This document shows positions 38,394-47,609 of a stretch of 64,000 nt of DNA, piece after piece. The position numbers were made by a program, and so were the translations under genes. Source of the DNA: Candidatus Sysuiplasma jiujiangense (GTDB taxonomy: Archaea; Thermoplasmatota; Thermoplasmata; Sysuiplasmatales; Sysuiplasmataceae); NCBI GenBank assembly GCA_019721075.1, contig JAHEAD010000002.1, positions 26,949 to 90,948 on the forward strand, in the 5' to 3' direction. Under the pieces are notes generated by a model that saw only the letters and a list, made by a program, of their open reading frames with translations, did no database searches and was not told the DNA's origin. Each line of letters begins with the position of its first letter. Position 1 is the stretch's first letter.

Positions 38394-39122
38394 TTGATTC
38401 AAATGAGTGAACGTGAGGATTACGCAAGGGGCTATCTCAGGGGCTTTGAGGATGCCCTGAATGAGGTCTGGGCGGAGGTAATGTCCTTCGGCAGCAGGCA
38501 GTACTCCTCACAGGAACTCCAGATGCTTGCAAGGACCAGGAAGGGGACGGTTCAGCAGGCAGTAAGCGCGAAAAGGACCGAGCTTGAACGGTTGCTGGGT
38601 GTCGCCATATCTTCCGAAAAGAAGGGCGACGTCACTACAATCACTATGAGCCCGGGAAGCTCCGTTCTCGTGCGGGAAGAGAGGCCGGACAGGGGATTCT
38701 CGATATTCGGTTCGCTGCTGGCCAGGGGATCTTCTGGACTGTCCGTGACAAGAACGGAGCCTTCAAGAGTTATCGAGAAATACGGCCTGAATGCGGACGC
38801 AATATCATTCATCTGGCTTACCAGGATAGAGAAGGAGGAAATCGTACAGAACGGCAGGCGCTACGGTATAGGAAACAGCCTTCCGAATCTGGCAGCCGGA
38901 ATACGCTCGTTCTATGGAAAGCAGGAGGGATGCGCAGTCCTCCTGGAAGGGATGGAATACCTGATAACGCAGTTCGATTTCCGGCCGGTGCTGAAATTCA
39001 TTCAGATGATCGCCGAGCAGGCGGAGTACAGCCGGGGGTATCTCATCATAACAGCAGATCACCGGAGTCTCGATGAAAGAGACTACAGGCTCCTAGAGAA
39101 GGAGATGACACTTACCGTCTGA
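38394..39122 (+). CDS. DUF835-domain protein (archaeal), hypothetical
   Basis: C-terminal AVLLEGMEYLITQFDFRPVLKFIQMIAEQAEYSRGYLIITADHRSLDERDYRLLEKE resembles the DUF835 consensus (LdgLEYLi..n.f..vlkfl..l.d....n..li...dp..l). Confidence 0.5.
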   Translation: MIQMSEREDYARGYLRGFEDALNEVWAEVMSFGSRQYSSQELQMLARTRKGTVQQAVSAKRTELERLLGVAISSEKKGDVTTITMSPGSSVLVREERPDRGFSIFGSLLARGSSGLSVTRTEPSRVIEKYGLNADAISFIWLTRIEKEEIVQNGRRYGIGNSLPNLAAGIRSFYGKQEGCAVLLEGMEYLITQFDFRPVLKFIQMIAEQAEYSRGYLIITADHRSLDERDYRLLEKEMTLTV

Positions 39123-39130
39123 GCGACGGT

Positions 39131-41821
39131 TCAATCCTGATCCTTTCCGGGACCCTCAGCCCTGCCCTCACTCTTTTTTGATTTCAGAGCGGCCTGCGCA
39201 GCCGCGAGCCTGGCGACAGGTACCCTGTAGGGGGAGCAGCTGACATAGTCGAGGCCGGCTGCATGGAAAAATTCGATACTCCGGGGATCTCCGCCATGCT
39301 CACCGCATATGCCCGCCTCGAGTCCCGGCTTTGCCTTCTTGCCTTTCTGCAGCGACATCTTTACCAGGAGACCGACACCCTGTACATCTATCGACTGAAA
39401 CGGGTCCTCGGGAAGCAGTCCCTTTCCTACATATTCCGGAAGAAAACGCCCGGCGTCGTCACGGCTGAGCCCCAGCGTGGTCTGCGTCAGGTCGTTCGTT
39501 CCGTACGAGAAGAAGTCCGCCACACCGGCTATGGAATCGGACAGCAGTGCTGCTCTCGGAAGCTCGATCATTGTTCCGACCATATACTGCAGCTTTATGC
39601 CGTATCCGTCCATGACCTCCTTACCGACCGCATCTATCCGCGGTCTGAGAAGCTCTATTTCCTCCTTCCCCTCGACAAGCGGTATCATGATTTCGGGCAC
39701 GACGTCGATGTTTTCCCGCTTCTTGAGTTCACAGGCAGCCTCGAATATCGCCCTGTACTGCATTTCATACACCTCCGGGTAGGTCACGGCGAGTCTGCAG
39801 CCCCTGTGCCCGAGCATGGGATTGAGCTCCTTCAGCGATTCGGTCCTGGCCATGACCTCCTCAGGACTTATCCCCATGTCGCCGGCCAGCCTTTCCGCTT
39901 CGTCCCTTCCCTTCGGCAAAAACTCATGGAGCGGCGGATCCAGGAGCCTTATAATCACGGGGTAGCCGTTCATCTCGCGGAAAAGGCCCATGAAGTCCTC
40001 CTTCTGGTACGGCAAAAGGGATTCGAGCGCCTCTTTCCTCTTTTCAGTTGTGCCGGCAAGTATCATCCGGCGCATGTGTGGGAGGCGGTTCTCGCCGAAG
40101 AACATGTGCTCAGTCCTTGTCAGGCCTATGCCCCTGGCACCGAACCTCCTCGCAACCCTTGCATCTTCCGGGAGATCCGCATTGGCCCTCACCCCGAGTC
40201 TCTTCAGTTCGTCGGCCCATTCCATGAATGTTTCGAAATACCCTGTCAGTTCAGCAGCCCTGGTGGGCAGCTGCCCGAGAAAGACCTGGCCGCTTGTTCC
40301 GTCGACGCTGATGTAATCGCCTTCAGAGACAACGGCCCCTCCTGCGGAGGTGAATTTCCGTTCACTGTAGCTGATGGCGATGTCGGAGCAGCCTGCAACG
40401 CAGCACTTCCCCATTCCCCTGGCTACCACCGCAGCGTGAGAAGTCATTCCGCCCGTGGCAGTGAGTATAGCCTGGGCCGCAGCCATGCCATGTATATCCT
40501 CGGCCGACGTCTCTGTTCGTACCAGTATCACTTTCTCGCCTGCCGCAGAAAGCCTGACTGCATCTGCGGCATCGAACACGACCTTGCCGGTCGCGGCTCC
40601 TGGGGATGCGGGAAGTCCCCTGCCGATCAGCTGCTTCTGCGACTTTTCATCAAAGACGGGGTGGAGCAGCTGGTCCAGCGCCGAAGGATTCACCGAAAGG
40701 ATGGCCTGCTCCCTGGATATCAGTCCCTCCCCGACCATTTCCACGGCCACGCGGACAGCTGCCTGGGCAGTCCTCTTTCCGCTTCTCGTCTGGAGAAGAT
40801 AGAGTTTTCCCTTCTGTATCGTGAATTCAATGTCCTGCATATCCCTGTAGTGTGATTCCAGGATGTCCTTGATCCTGAGGAGTTCCGCATGTGTCTGGGG
40901 CATCCTCTCTTCGAGCGAAAGACCCGGTTTACCGGCATCACTGTTTATCGGCTGGGGCGTCCTGATGCCTGCAACGACGTCTTCCCCCTGCGCATTGGGG
41001 AGGTATTCGCCGTAGAGCCTGTTTTCGCCTGTCGACGGATTGCGCGTGAATGCTACACCGGTGGCGCAGTCGTCGCCCATGTTTCCGAATACCATCGACT
41101 GGACTGTGACCGCGGTTCCCCATTCCTCCGGTATGCCGTTGAGCTTCCTGTAAGTTACAGCCCGCCTGTTGTTCCATGACTCGAAGACAGCCCCTATGGC
41201 ACTCCACAGCTGTTCGGACGGATCGTCAGGAAATTTTTTGCCTGTCACTTCAAGGATCTTCTCCTTGTACCGCCTGACAAGGTTTGACAGTTCATCGGCG
41301 TTGAGCTCGGTGTCCAGTTTTATTCCCCTTGCAGCCTTGACCTCCTGTATGATATCCTCGAAAACAGAATGATCGACACTCATTACCACATTGCCATACA
41401 TCTGGACGAAACGCCTGTATGTGTCGAAGCCCCATCTGCTGTCGCCCGACTCGGCAATTATCGATGAAACTGTTGCGTCATTGAGACCGAGGTTCAGAAC
41501 GGTGTCCATCATTCCCGGCATTGACACTCTGGCACCTGATCTCACTGAAACAAGCAGCGGTTTCCCGCGACCGCCGAACTTCCTTTCCATCTTTACCTCG
41601 ACAACGTGCAGCGACTCCATAACCCTCCGCCTCAGTCCGGGGGGCAGGTTCTTGCCCAGCCTGTAGTATGCGTTGCAGACAGCCGTGGTGATGGTGAAAC
41701 CCGACGGAACCGGCAGGCCCAGGCGCGTCATCTCCGCCAGACCGGCGCCTTTTCCACCGAGCAGATTGCGCATTTCCGCGCTTCCCTCTTCAAAAAGATA
41801 TACCATTTTTCTTTTGACCAT
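39131..41821 (-). CDS. ppdK: Pyruvate, phosphate dikinase
   Basis: N-terminal LLGGKGAGLAEMTRLGLPVPSGFTITT (ATP-grasp), central phosphohistidine domain (GGMTSHAAVVARGMGK), C-terminal PEP-utilising TIM barrel; 896 aa. Confidence 0.92.
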   Translation of the reverse strand: MVKRKMVYLFEEGSAEMRNLLGGKGAGLAEMTRLGLPVPSGFTITTAVCNAYYRLGKNLPPGLRRRVMESLHVVEVKMERKFGGRGKPLLVSVRSGARVSMPGMMDTVLNLGLNDATVSSIIAESGDSRWGFDTYRRFVQMYGNVVMSVDHSVFEDIIQEVKAARGIKLDTELNADELSNLVRRYKEKILEVTGKKFPDDPSEQLWSAIGAVFESWNNRRAVTYRKLNGIPEEWGTAVTVQSMVFGNMGDDCATGVAFTRNPSTGENRLYGEYLPNAQGEDVVAGIRTPQPINSDAGKPGLSLEERMPQTHAELLRIKDILESHYRDMQDIEFTIQKGKLYLLQTRSGKRTAQAAVRVAVEMVGEGLISREQAILSVNPSALDQLLHPVFDEKSQKQLIGRGLPASPGAATGKVVFDAADAVRLSAAGEKVILVRTETSAEDIHGMAAAQAILTATGGMTSHAAVVARGMGKCCVAGCSDIAISYSERKFTSAGGAVVSEGDYISVDGTSGQVFLGQLPTRAAELTGYFETFMEWADELKRLGVRANADLPEDARVARRFGARGIGLTRTEHMFFGENRLPHMRRMILAGTTEKRKEALESLLPYQKEDFMGLFREMNGYPVIIRLLDPPLHEFLPKGRDEAERLAGDMGISPEEVMARTESLKELNPMLGHRGCRLAVTYPEVYEMQYRAIFEAACELKKRENIDVVPEIMIPLVEGKEEIELLRPRIDAVGKEVMDGYGIKLQYMVGTMIELPRAALLSDSIAGVADFFSYGTNDLTQTTLGLSRDDAGRFLPEYVGKGLLPEDPFQSIDVQGVGLLVKMSLQKGKKAKPGLEAGICGEHGGDPRSIEFFHAAGLDYVSCSPYRVPVARLAAAQAALKSKKSEGRAEGPGKDQD

Positions 41822-42021
41822 TGCAGGGCACCTGATTGGACCGTATACGGTACGATTACAAAAAGGTTAGACAACCGTCCCTCGGCGGCGGATGTCTGGC
41901 GGACTGAAAAATTAATTTCTGCATGAGATGCGTACCGGCACAACAGCGCTGCACCATGCGAATTTGGCAGTTGGGCCTGCCGGCCGGGCATTCCTGCCGC
42001 ATACGGAAGGCGACGAAGCAC

Positions 42022-42303
42022 CTATTTCCCTAGGACAATCTCTATCGAGGAGACGTTTGATGTGGTTCCGTCCTCATCCTTCAGCGATTCGGTCGAAATT
42101 TTGATATTCTTCACCGAAGCGTCCTTGAGGAATCTGTTTCTGGTTATTTCAGCCACGTCGACAGCCCTGCTTATCGACTTTCCCCGTGCTTTGATGGTTA
42201 CATCCTGACCGGCGCTGTTGAACTGTGTAACGACGGCCAGTACGTAATTCATGGCTGGCTTCTTTCCGATGTATATAATGTTGTCTTCTGCCATTGTATT
42301 CAC
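42022..42303 (-). CDS. albA: DNA/RNA-binding chromatin protein Alba
   Basis: [51 protein letters not shown] is a near-canonical Alba sequence. Confidence 0.9.
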   Translation of the reverse strand: MNTMAEDNIIYIGKKPAMNYVLAVVTQFNSAGQDVTIKARGKSISRAVDVAEITRNRFLKDASVKNIKISTESLKDEDGTTSNVSSIEIVLGK

Positions 42304-42474
42304 GTCCTGTTTAATTATTGCTTTTGATCCGGTGTGCCAGACACATAGAACTGTGCAGCTATTAAAACATTATTTTAAACTGCCGGAGAGCGAAGTTTCC
42401 CCGCAACCGCCGGTCGGAAACAGGCAATGTTTTAATTATTTCGGTCCATCACATGGCGATGGACAAATGCATAG

Positions 42475-43047
42475 ATGTGCACATACGGCGGTGATTCAGT
42501 GAAGGCACTTGTTCTCACAGGAATGGCAGGAGCAGGAAAAACCGAGTTTGCCAATTACTGTACATCCCTGAGCATTCCGGTCTTCCAGATGGGGGATATT
42601 GTCAGGTCAAGGGTAAGTCAGCTGAAATTGGAACCGACAGGTACCAACATCGGCAGGGTGGCAAGCGTTGAAAGACTGAAATACGGCAGTGACATATGGG
42701 CGAGGAGAACCGCCAGGAACGTGAAAAACGGAGACAGGGACTGTGTGATAGACGGCACAAGGAGTGAGGCCGAAGTTGCGTATTTCAGGCAGTATTTCGG
42801 TATGAATGCGGTGGTTGTGAATATCTATGCTTCCTCCAGGATCAGGTATGAGAGGCTCAAGTCGCGCGCAAGGTCCGATACGCCGCTGACAAGGGGCGAG
42901 TTTGAGGAGAGAGACAGAAGGGAACTGGGCTGGGGACTCGGGAATGCCATAGCGCTTTCCGACATGGTTCTGGGAAATGAAGGGACAATGGATGAATTCA
43001 GGAAGAACATAATGAATCTGCTCAGGGAGGCCGGATTCATAAAATGA
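42475..43047 (+). CDS. P-loop NTPase of the UPF0200/adenylate-kinase-like family (archaeal)
   Basis: KALVLTGMAGAGKTEFANY Walker A at the N-terminus, ~180 aa; a GTG at 42499 is a plausible true start. Confidence 0.6.
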   Translation: MCTYGGDSVKALVLTGMAGAGKTEFANYCTSLSIPVFQMGDIVRSRVSQLKLEPTGTNIGRVASVERLKYGSDIWARRTARNVKNGDRDCVIDGTRSEAEVAYFRQYFGMNAVVVNIYASSRIRYERLKSRARSDTPLTRGEFEERDRRELGWGLGNAIALSDMVLGNEGTMDEFRKNIMNLLREAGFIK

Positions 43048-43053
43048 GGACAG

Positions 43054-43380
43054 GTGAAGACTCTGGCTGAAATCGAGTTCGGTTTTGTAAGGCCATGCAC
43101 GGGAAATGCATATGTCGTCTACCCCTCCACGGTTTATGATTTGCCGCTGGCAAAATGCGCATCTGCACTGAAGAGGAAAGGAATACGGGTAAAGCCTGAT
43201 GACATGATGATCAATGTAATGTACAACGGTCACAGCTGCACACTGTACAGGACGGGGAGACTTCTGGTGACGCCGTGCAGCAGTGAGGAGGAAGCTCTGA
43301 AGACTGCGCGGGGACTCTTTGACCTGCTGGTGCAGGACAGGAAAATGACCGATTCGTTCAAAAGGGCAGAGGCGATCTGA
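43054..43380 (+). CDS. Hypothetical small protein (108 aa)
   Basis: ORF tightly linked (6 nt) to the upstream P-loop gene; no family recognised. Confidence 0.35.
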   Translation: MKTLAEIEFGFVRPCTGNAYVVYPSTVYDLPLAKCASALKRKGIRVKPDDMMINVMYNGHSCTLYRTGRLLVTPCSSEEEALKTARGLFDLLVQDRKMTDSFKRAEAI

Positions 43381-43404
43381 GACAAAGATGACGGAAGCGT
43401 CAAG

Positions 43405-44145
43405 ATGATCATTTCCATAGCCGATGCGGCCATATCACTTGTTCTCAGCGCCGGACTAAGTTCCCTGGCATACATGCACCGCATGCTCACTGCGAGTGGC
43501 TCGCTCTCCGCGTTCCTGGTGAGTTCGGCCATTGGCGTGTTTGGCGGCATTCCATGGCTGCTTACCATCCTGGCGTTTGTTGTTGCCGCTTTCCTGACCA
43601 CGAAATTCAGGATCCTTGAAAAAGCCGGAAGGGGACTCCAGGAAGGCAGGAAGGGGGAACGCGGCACAATGAATGTGGTTGCCAACAGCCTGCCCGGGGT
43701 TGTAATTGCACTGCTCAATTCCTTCGGGCCCGGCTCGATAACACATGCCGAATATGCGCTTCTCTTCATAGTCTCAATCGCCGCTGCCGCTTCGGACACG
43801 CTCGCAAGCGAAATAGGTGTCATAGATCGCAACACGCGTCTGATCACGACATTCAGAAAGGTTCCCACCGGAACAGATGGCGGAATTTCCGTACTTGGAA
43901 CTGCCGCTGCGCTGGGCGGTGCGGTGTTTATTGCACTGACCGGCTATGCGCTTCTCTTTCTGTCCGGCATTCAACTTCCCGTTTCATTGCTCCCGCCTGT
44001 TGTCTTATTCGGATTCCTCGGTTCGATGGTTGACAGTCTCCTCGGGGCTACGCTTGAAAGGAGGGGACTGATAGGCAAGCAGACAAACAACGTCTCGTCC
44101 ATCGTCATTGTTTCGCTGCTTGCGTACATCGTGCTCTTCGTGTGA
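43405..44145 (+). CDS. DUF92/TMEM19-like integral membrane protein
   Basis: Polytopic; GERGTMNVVANSLPGVVIA resembles the conserved DUF92 motif (G.RT..NVlANg.v). Confidence 0.5.
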   Translation: MIISIADAAISLVLSAGLSSLAYMHRMLTASGSLSAFLVSSAIGVFGGIPWLLTILAFVVAAFLTTKFRILEKAGRGLQEGRKGERGTMNVVANSLPGVVIALLNSFGPGSITHAEYALLFIVSIAAAASDTLASEIGVIDRNTRLITTFRKVPTGTDGGISVLGTAAALGGAVFIALTGYALLFLSGIQLPVSLLPPVVLFGFLGSMVDSLLGATLERRGLIGKQTNNVSSIVIVSLLAYIVLFV

Positions 44146-44422
44146 GTCGCGGAGGATTCACCCTGCGGTCATCTGCCTGAAATGGCTGCTGCGGGTTGTC
44201 AGGAAATGATCTGCGAACACAGTGGCGATTGAAGGTTGTCAGGAAGCGGCTGAAAGCACCAGATGAGTTCGAGGGAAATCATCGAGGACGGGGAGTGTGG
44301 AAAAGCCTAAGCCCTGATTAACATCAGAGGAACGCCCGGCCTCTGCGCCTAAAATCAAAAATCTGCTTCCAAATTCTGCCAGTATGGACTTCTCAGGATC
44401 AAAGCCGAACACTTGGAAAGGC

Positions 44423-44429
44423 ATAAATA
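44423..44429 (+). promoter_or_regulatory. BRE/TATA element (ggaaag-gcataaatag) ~25 nt upstream of the 5S rRNA 5' end
   Basis: AT-rich box at the canonical archaeal distance from the predicted rRNA start. Confidence 0.5.
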
Positions 44430-44454
44430 GGTTGTTTATTTCAGAGTCTTCAGG

Positions 44455-44583
44455 AATGGTACGACGGCCAAAGTGGTGGTGACACACCTGGTCTCGTCCG
44501 ATCCCAGAAGTTAAGTCCACCTACGTTCCCTGTGGTACTGTTGTGCGCGAGCCAACGGGAAGCTTGGCCCCGCAAGGGGTTAT
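44455..44583 (+). rRNA. rrf: 5S ribosomal RNA (stand-alone, not linked to 16S/23S)
   Basis: CCTGGTCTCGTCCGATCCCAGAAGTTAAGTCC...GTACTGTTGTGCGCGAGCCAACGGGAAGC matches loop C/helix III and the loop E/helix IV-V core of archaeal, Thermoplasma-like 5S rRNA; the ends are approximate. Confidence 0.7.
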
Positions 44584-44759
44584 GCAGTATGTGGCCCAGG
44601 CAAATTAGCCGAGATCCTTCGGGAAATCGGTGAAGTTTACCGTTTTAAAGGCCACATACTCATAGAGCGCTGTCGGCCATTCCACTGAAGTCACCGCTTG
44701 AGAATGGTTTGGTAACGTTTATTTTGTAATCTGTTCTGAGTAACCGTGACGGTGTACAT

Positions 44760-45629
44760 TTGGCTATCAGTGCGGAAACTTCCTTTTTTGTTGCCCTGCT
44801 GATTGCGGTGGTGGTCTTCATCGGCTATCTCGAGTGGAGCAGCGCAAAGGGAAGGCTCATGAGGAGAAAGAACGCGAGGCTTGCAGCTGTCCGCTCAAAG
44901 GACGAGGCATACAATGCGACAGTCACCTCAAGGGCAATATCACGGGCGCTGAAGACGCAGGGATACGATGTCACGGAGGCGGAAAAGCTGATCGGCAGGG
45001 CCGATGCTGCAATCAGTATGGGAAATTTCTCGGATGCTAAGAGATACGCTGAGAGTGCCAGGGAGACACTCTTCGCCATAAAGCAGAGGCAGGGCCGGCA
45101 TGAAAGAGGAACGGGTGAATCTGCTTCTGCAGATTCAGGTTACGGAAAAAAGGCGGCATCCGGGGATGTGTTCACGAAGCAGGATGAAAGGCAACAGCCA
45201 GGATCTGCCGAGAAAAAGCTGCCGAAGGACTACGCGGAAGCCAGTTTCGCTATCTCCCTTCTGAAGGACGAGGCTGCGACAGCCCAGTCCGGAGGCAGGG
45301 ACATCGCATCCGCAGTCCTGAAACTGGCGCAGGCTGAAGAGGCGTTCAGGCAGGGTAAATACGGCGAATCGCTGCATCTCGCCATCAGGGCCAGGAAGGA
45401 GATATCTGACGGCCCTGGCGGAACAGCCGTATCTCCTGCCGCGACTGATAATGGCAAGGCACCTTCCGGCGGTGATGAGGCATGTCCGGCATGCGGCTCA
45501 CCGCTGCGCGAGACAGATTCGTTTTGCAGGCGTTGCGGCGCAAAGATAGAATACAGATGCCAGGCGTGCGACGCCGCTCTTGAAACAGGCGACATGTTCT
45601 GCGGTAAATGCGGCGCAAAGGTGAGGTAG
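44760..45629 (+). CDS. Membrane-anchored protein with C-terminal double zinc-ribbon (DZR) domain
   Basis: N-terminal TM FFVALLIAVVVFIGY, helical charged middle, C-terminal CPACG...CRRCG...CQAC...CGKCG (four CxxC pairs). Confidence 0.55.
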   Translation: MAISAETSFFVALLIAVVVFIGYLEWSSAKGRLMRRKNARLAAVRSKDEAYNATVTSRAISRALKTQGYDVTEAEKLIGRADAAISMGNFSDAKRYAESARETLFAIKQRQGRHERGTGESASADSGYGKKAASGDVFTKQDERQQPGSAEKKLPKDYAEASFAISLLKDEAATAQSGGRDIASAVLKLAQAEEAFRQGKYGESLHLAIRARKEISDGPGGTAVSPAATDNGKAPSGGDEACPACGSPLRETDSFCRRCGAKIEYRCQACDAALETGDMFCGKCGAKVR

Positions 45630-45697
45630 CCATTGTCCGGCCGGCATGCTCTGTGCAGACATGATAGGAATATTATATCTGAACATTATAATCATCC

Positions 45698-46111
45698 ATG
45701 TCAGCGGGAGTTGGCCAGTCGATGGCTGAGGGGAAGATAGCAAACAGAAAAACTGAGGAAAGGGCGCTTGACCGCATAGTTGCCGATGCCCAGCTGTCAT
45801 CCTGTTCTATCGTTTCCAAAACAGGATTGCTTGTGGCGGTCGACACGGAAAGCACCCAGAAGAAAGAGACATTTGCAGCAATGTCGGCAATTGTTTTCAG
45901 CGCAGCGGAGGCGCTGAAGTCTGACGTGAAGGACGGCGGGGTAACAAATATTGTCGCCACATTCCAGAGCAGCAGAATTGTCTTTGTGCCGATTAACCAG
46001 AATTACATTCTCGTCGGAGTGACGAAACAGCCTGAATGGGAAGGCAGATCGCTGAAGGCACTGGAGGAGGGGGCCGCGAAACTGAGAAAGGAAGCCCCCT
46101 GGCTGAACTGA
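45698..46111 (+). CDS. Roadblock/LC7 (MglB-like) domain protein
   Basis: ...SIVSKTGLLVAVDTE...ETFAAMSAIVFSAAEAL...IVATFQSSRIVFVPINQNYILVGV matches the Robl/LC7 fold pattern. Confidence 0.65.
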   Translation: MSAGVGQSMAEGKIANRKTEERALDRIVADAQLSSCSIVSKTGLLVAVDTESTQKKETFAAMSAIVFSAAEALKSDVKDGGVTNIVATFQSSRIVFVPINQNYILVGVTKQPEWEGRSLKALEEGAAKLRKEAPWLN

Positions 46112-46124
46112 GCCGATTGCGGGA

Positions 46125-46583
46125 TCAGAGAATATATTCCTCTATCTTTGACTGTATCCTGTCACAGTAATGGCATTTCAGCGTCAGCGGTCTTTCTCTT
46201 ATAACAGAAAAATGGCTTTCGGCAGGTTCGCTGCCGTTCGTTATGCAATTCGGGTTCGCGCACCTTACAATCCCGCGTATGACTTCGGGCACTTTTACCT
46301 TTCTCTTTTCGGCAACGTTGTAATCCCTGATTATGTTTATTGTGGCGCGGGGAGCAATGAGGGCAATTCTGTCGACCTCTTTCGCGTACAGCTCCCTGTC
46401 CTCGATCTTTACGATGTCCTTCCATTCCTCTTTCTTGCTGTGGACATGCATCGCGACGCTGACCGTGCTTTTGACGTTCTCCGGAGTGATGCCGAGTATC
46501 CTGAGGACGTTGAGGGCCATCCCCGTTTCGATGTGGTCTATGACAGTTCCGTTCCTGATGGGCTGGACCTTCAGTTCCTTCAT
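46125..46583 (-). CDS. pyrI: Aspartate carbamoyltransferase regulatory subunit
   Basis: IRNGTVIDHI...NPNCITN...CHYCD is the Zn-binding C-terminal domain; 4-bp overlap with pyrB. Confidence 0.9.
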   Translation of the reverse strand: MKELKVQPIRNGTVIDHIETGMALNVLRILGITPENVKSTVSVAMHVHSKKEEWKDIVKIEDRELYAKEVDRIALIAPRATINIIRDYNVAEKRKVKVPEVIRGIVRCANPNCITNGSEPAESHFSVIRERPLTLKCHYCDRIQSKIEEYIL

Positions 46584-47512
46584 AATTCGGCCCCCAGAAG
46601 CATTGAAAGTATGGCCATCCTCACCGGTATCCCGTTGGCGGCCTGCCTGAAATATAGGGAATGCTCCGTCTGATCTACCTCCGGAGCAATTTCATTCACG
46701 CGTGGAAGCGGATGCATCACAGAGAGCGAAGATTTTGCATGTGCGAGCAGTTTCGCGTCTATCCGGTAGCTTCCCGCAACCTTCGCATACTCGGCGGCAT
46801 CCGCAAAACGCTCCTTCTGAATTCTTGTGACATACAGGATGTCCGCCTCCTTCACTGCATCTTCCAGCGAAATCCCCGTCTTGGGCTTTATGCCGTTCGA
46901 CTCTATCTGCGTGAGTACCTCTCTGGGCATCTGTAGCGATTGCGGTGCTATCAGTGTCAGGTTGACTCCGAACAGTGAAAGAGCCTCTGCAAGCGAGTGC
47001 ACCGTCCTGCCGAATCTGAGATCACCGACGAGCACGACATTGAGACCGTCAAGTCTGCCCTTCGATTCCTGCATAGTGTAAAGGTCCAGTATCGTCTGGG
47101 TCGGATGCTGGCCCGCTCCGTCACCGGCATTGATTACCGGCTTTGAGCTCAAATCGGCCGCAAGCCTCGCCGCTCCTTCGAGCGGATGTCTTATCACCAG
47201 TATGTCTGCATAAGACTCCGTGACCCTGATTGTGTCGGAAAGACTCTCCCCCTTCTCCACCGAAGTGCCGACGGATGTGGAGAAGCCCATTACGCTTCCT
47301 CCGAGCCTGAGCATCGCCGCTTCGAAAGACAGTCTTGTCCTCGTCGAAGGCTCGTAGAAGAGGGTGCCCAGTATTCTGCCCCTTAAAATCTGGGTGAGCT
47401 TTTCGCCGCTCGCGTATGGAACCATCTGCAACGCCCTCCTTATCACGGAAAGCATCTGTTCCTTGGAAAAATCCCTGATCGAAACGAAATCCGCAAATTC
47501 TGGTCGGGCCAT
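46580..47512 (-). CDS. pyrB: Aspartate carbamoyltransferase catalytic subunit
   Basis: LFYEPSTRTRLSFE (STRTR carbamoyl-phosphate motif), HPLP, 310 aa. Confidence 0.92.
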   Translation of the reverse strand: MARPEFADFVSIRDFSKEQMLSVIRRALQMVPYASGEKLTQILRGRILGTLFYEPSTRTRLSFEAAMLRLGGSVMGFSTSVGTSVEKGESLSDTIRVTESYADILVIRHPLEGAARLAADLSSKPVINAGDGAGQHPTQTILDLYTMQESKGRLDGLNVVLVGDLRFGRTVHSLAEALSLFGVNLTLIAPQSLQMPREVLTQIESNGIKPKTGISLEDAVKEADILYVTRIQKERFADAAEYAKVAGSYRIDAKLLAHAKSSLSVMHPLPRVNEIAPEVDQTEHSLYFRQAANGIPVRMAILSMLLGAEL

Positions 47513-47609
47513 CGGAACCAGAAAGCGACATAACTTTGAAGTATTAGTTTTTAACGAGAAGCAGAATACCTCTATCTGTCCACAGATTTTCAGACAGGAA
47601 GGAGTTTAA

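Noticed and set aside
39263-40855. 530-aa ORF on the plus strand
   Set aside because: It lies entirely antisense to the well-supported PPDK gene. It is a low-complexity, stop-poor shadow frame typical of GC-rich coding DNA, with no recognisable domain.
44239-44520. 93-aa minus-strand ORF
   Set aside because: It overlaps the 5S rRNA gene and its promoter, so it is a spurious frame across an RNA gene.
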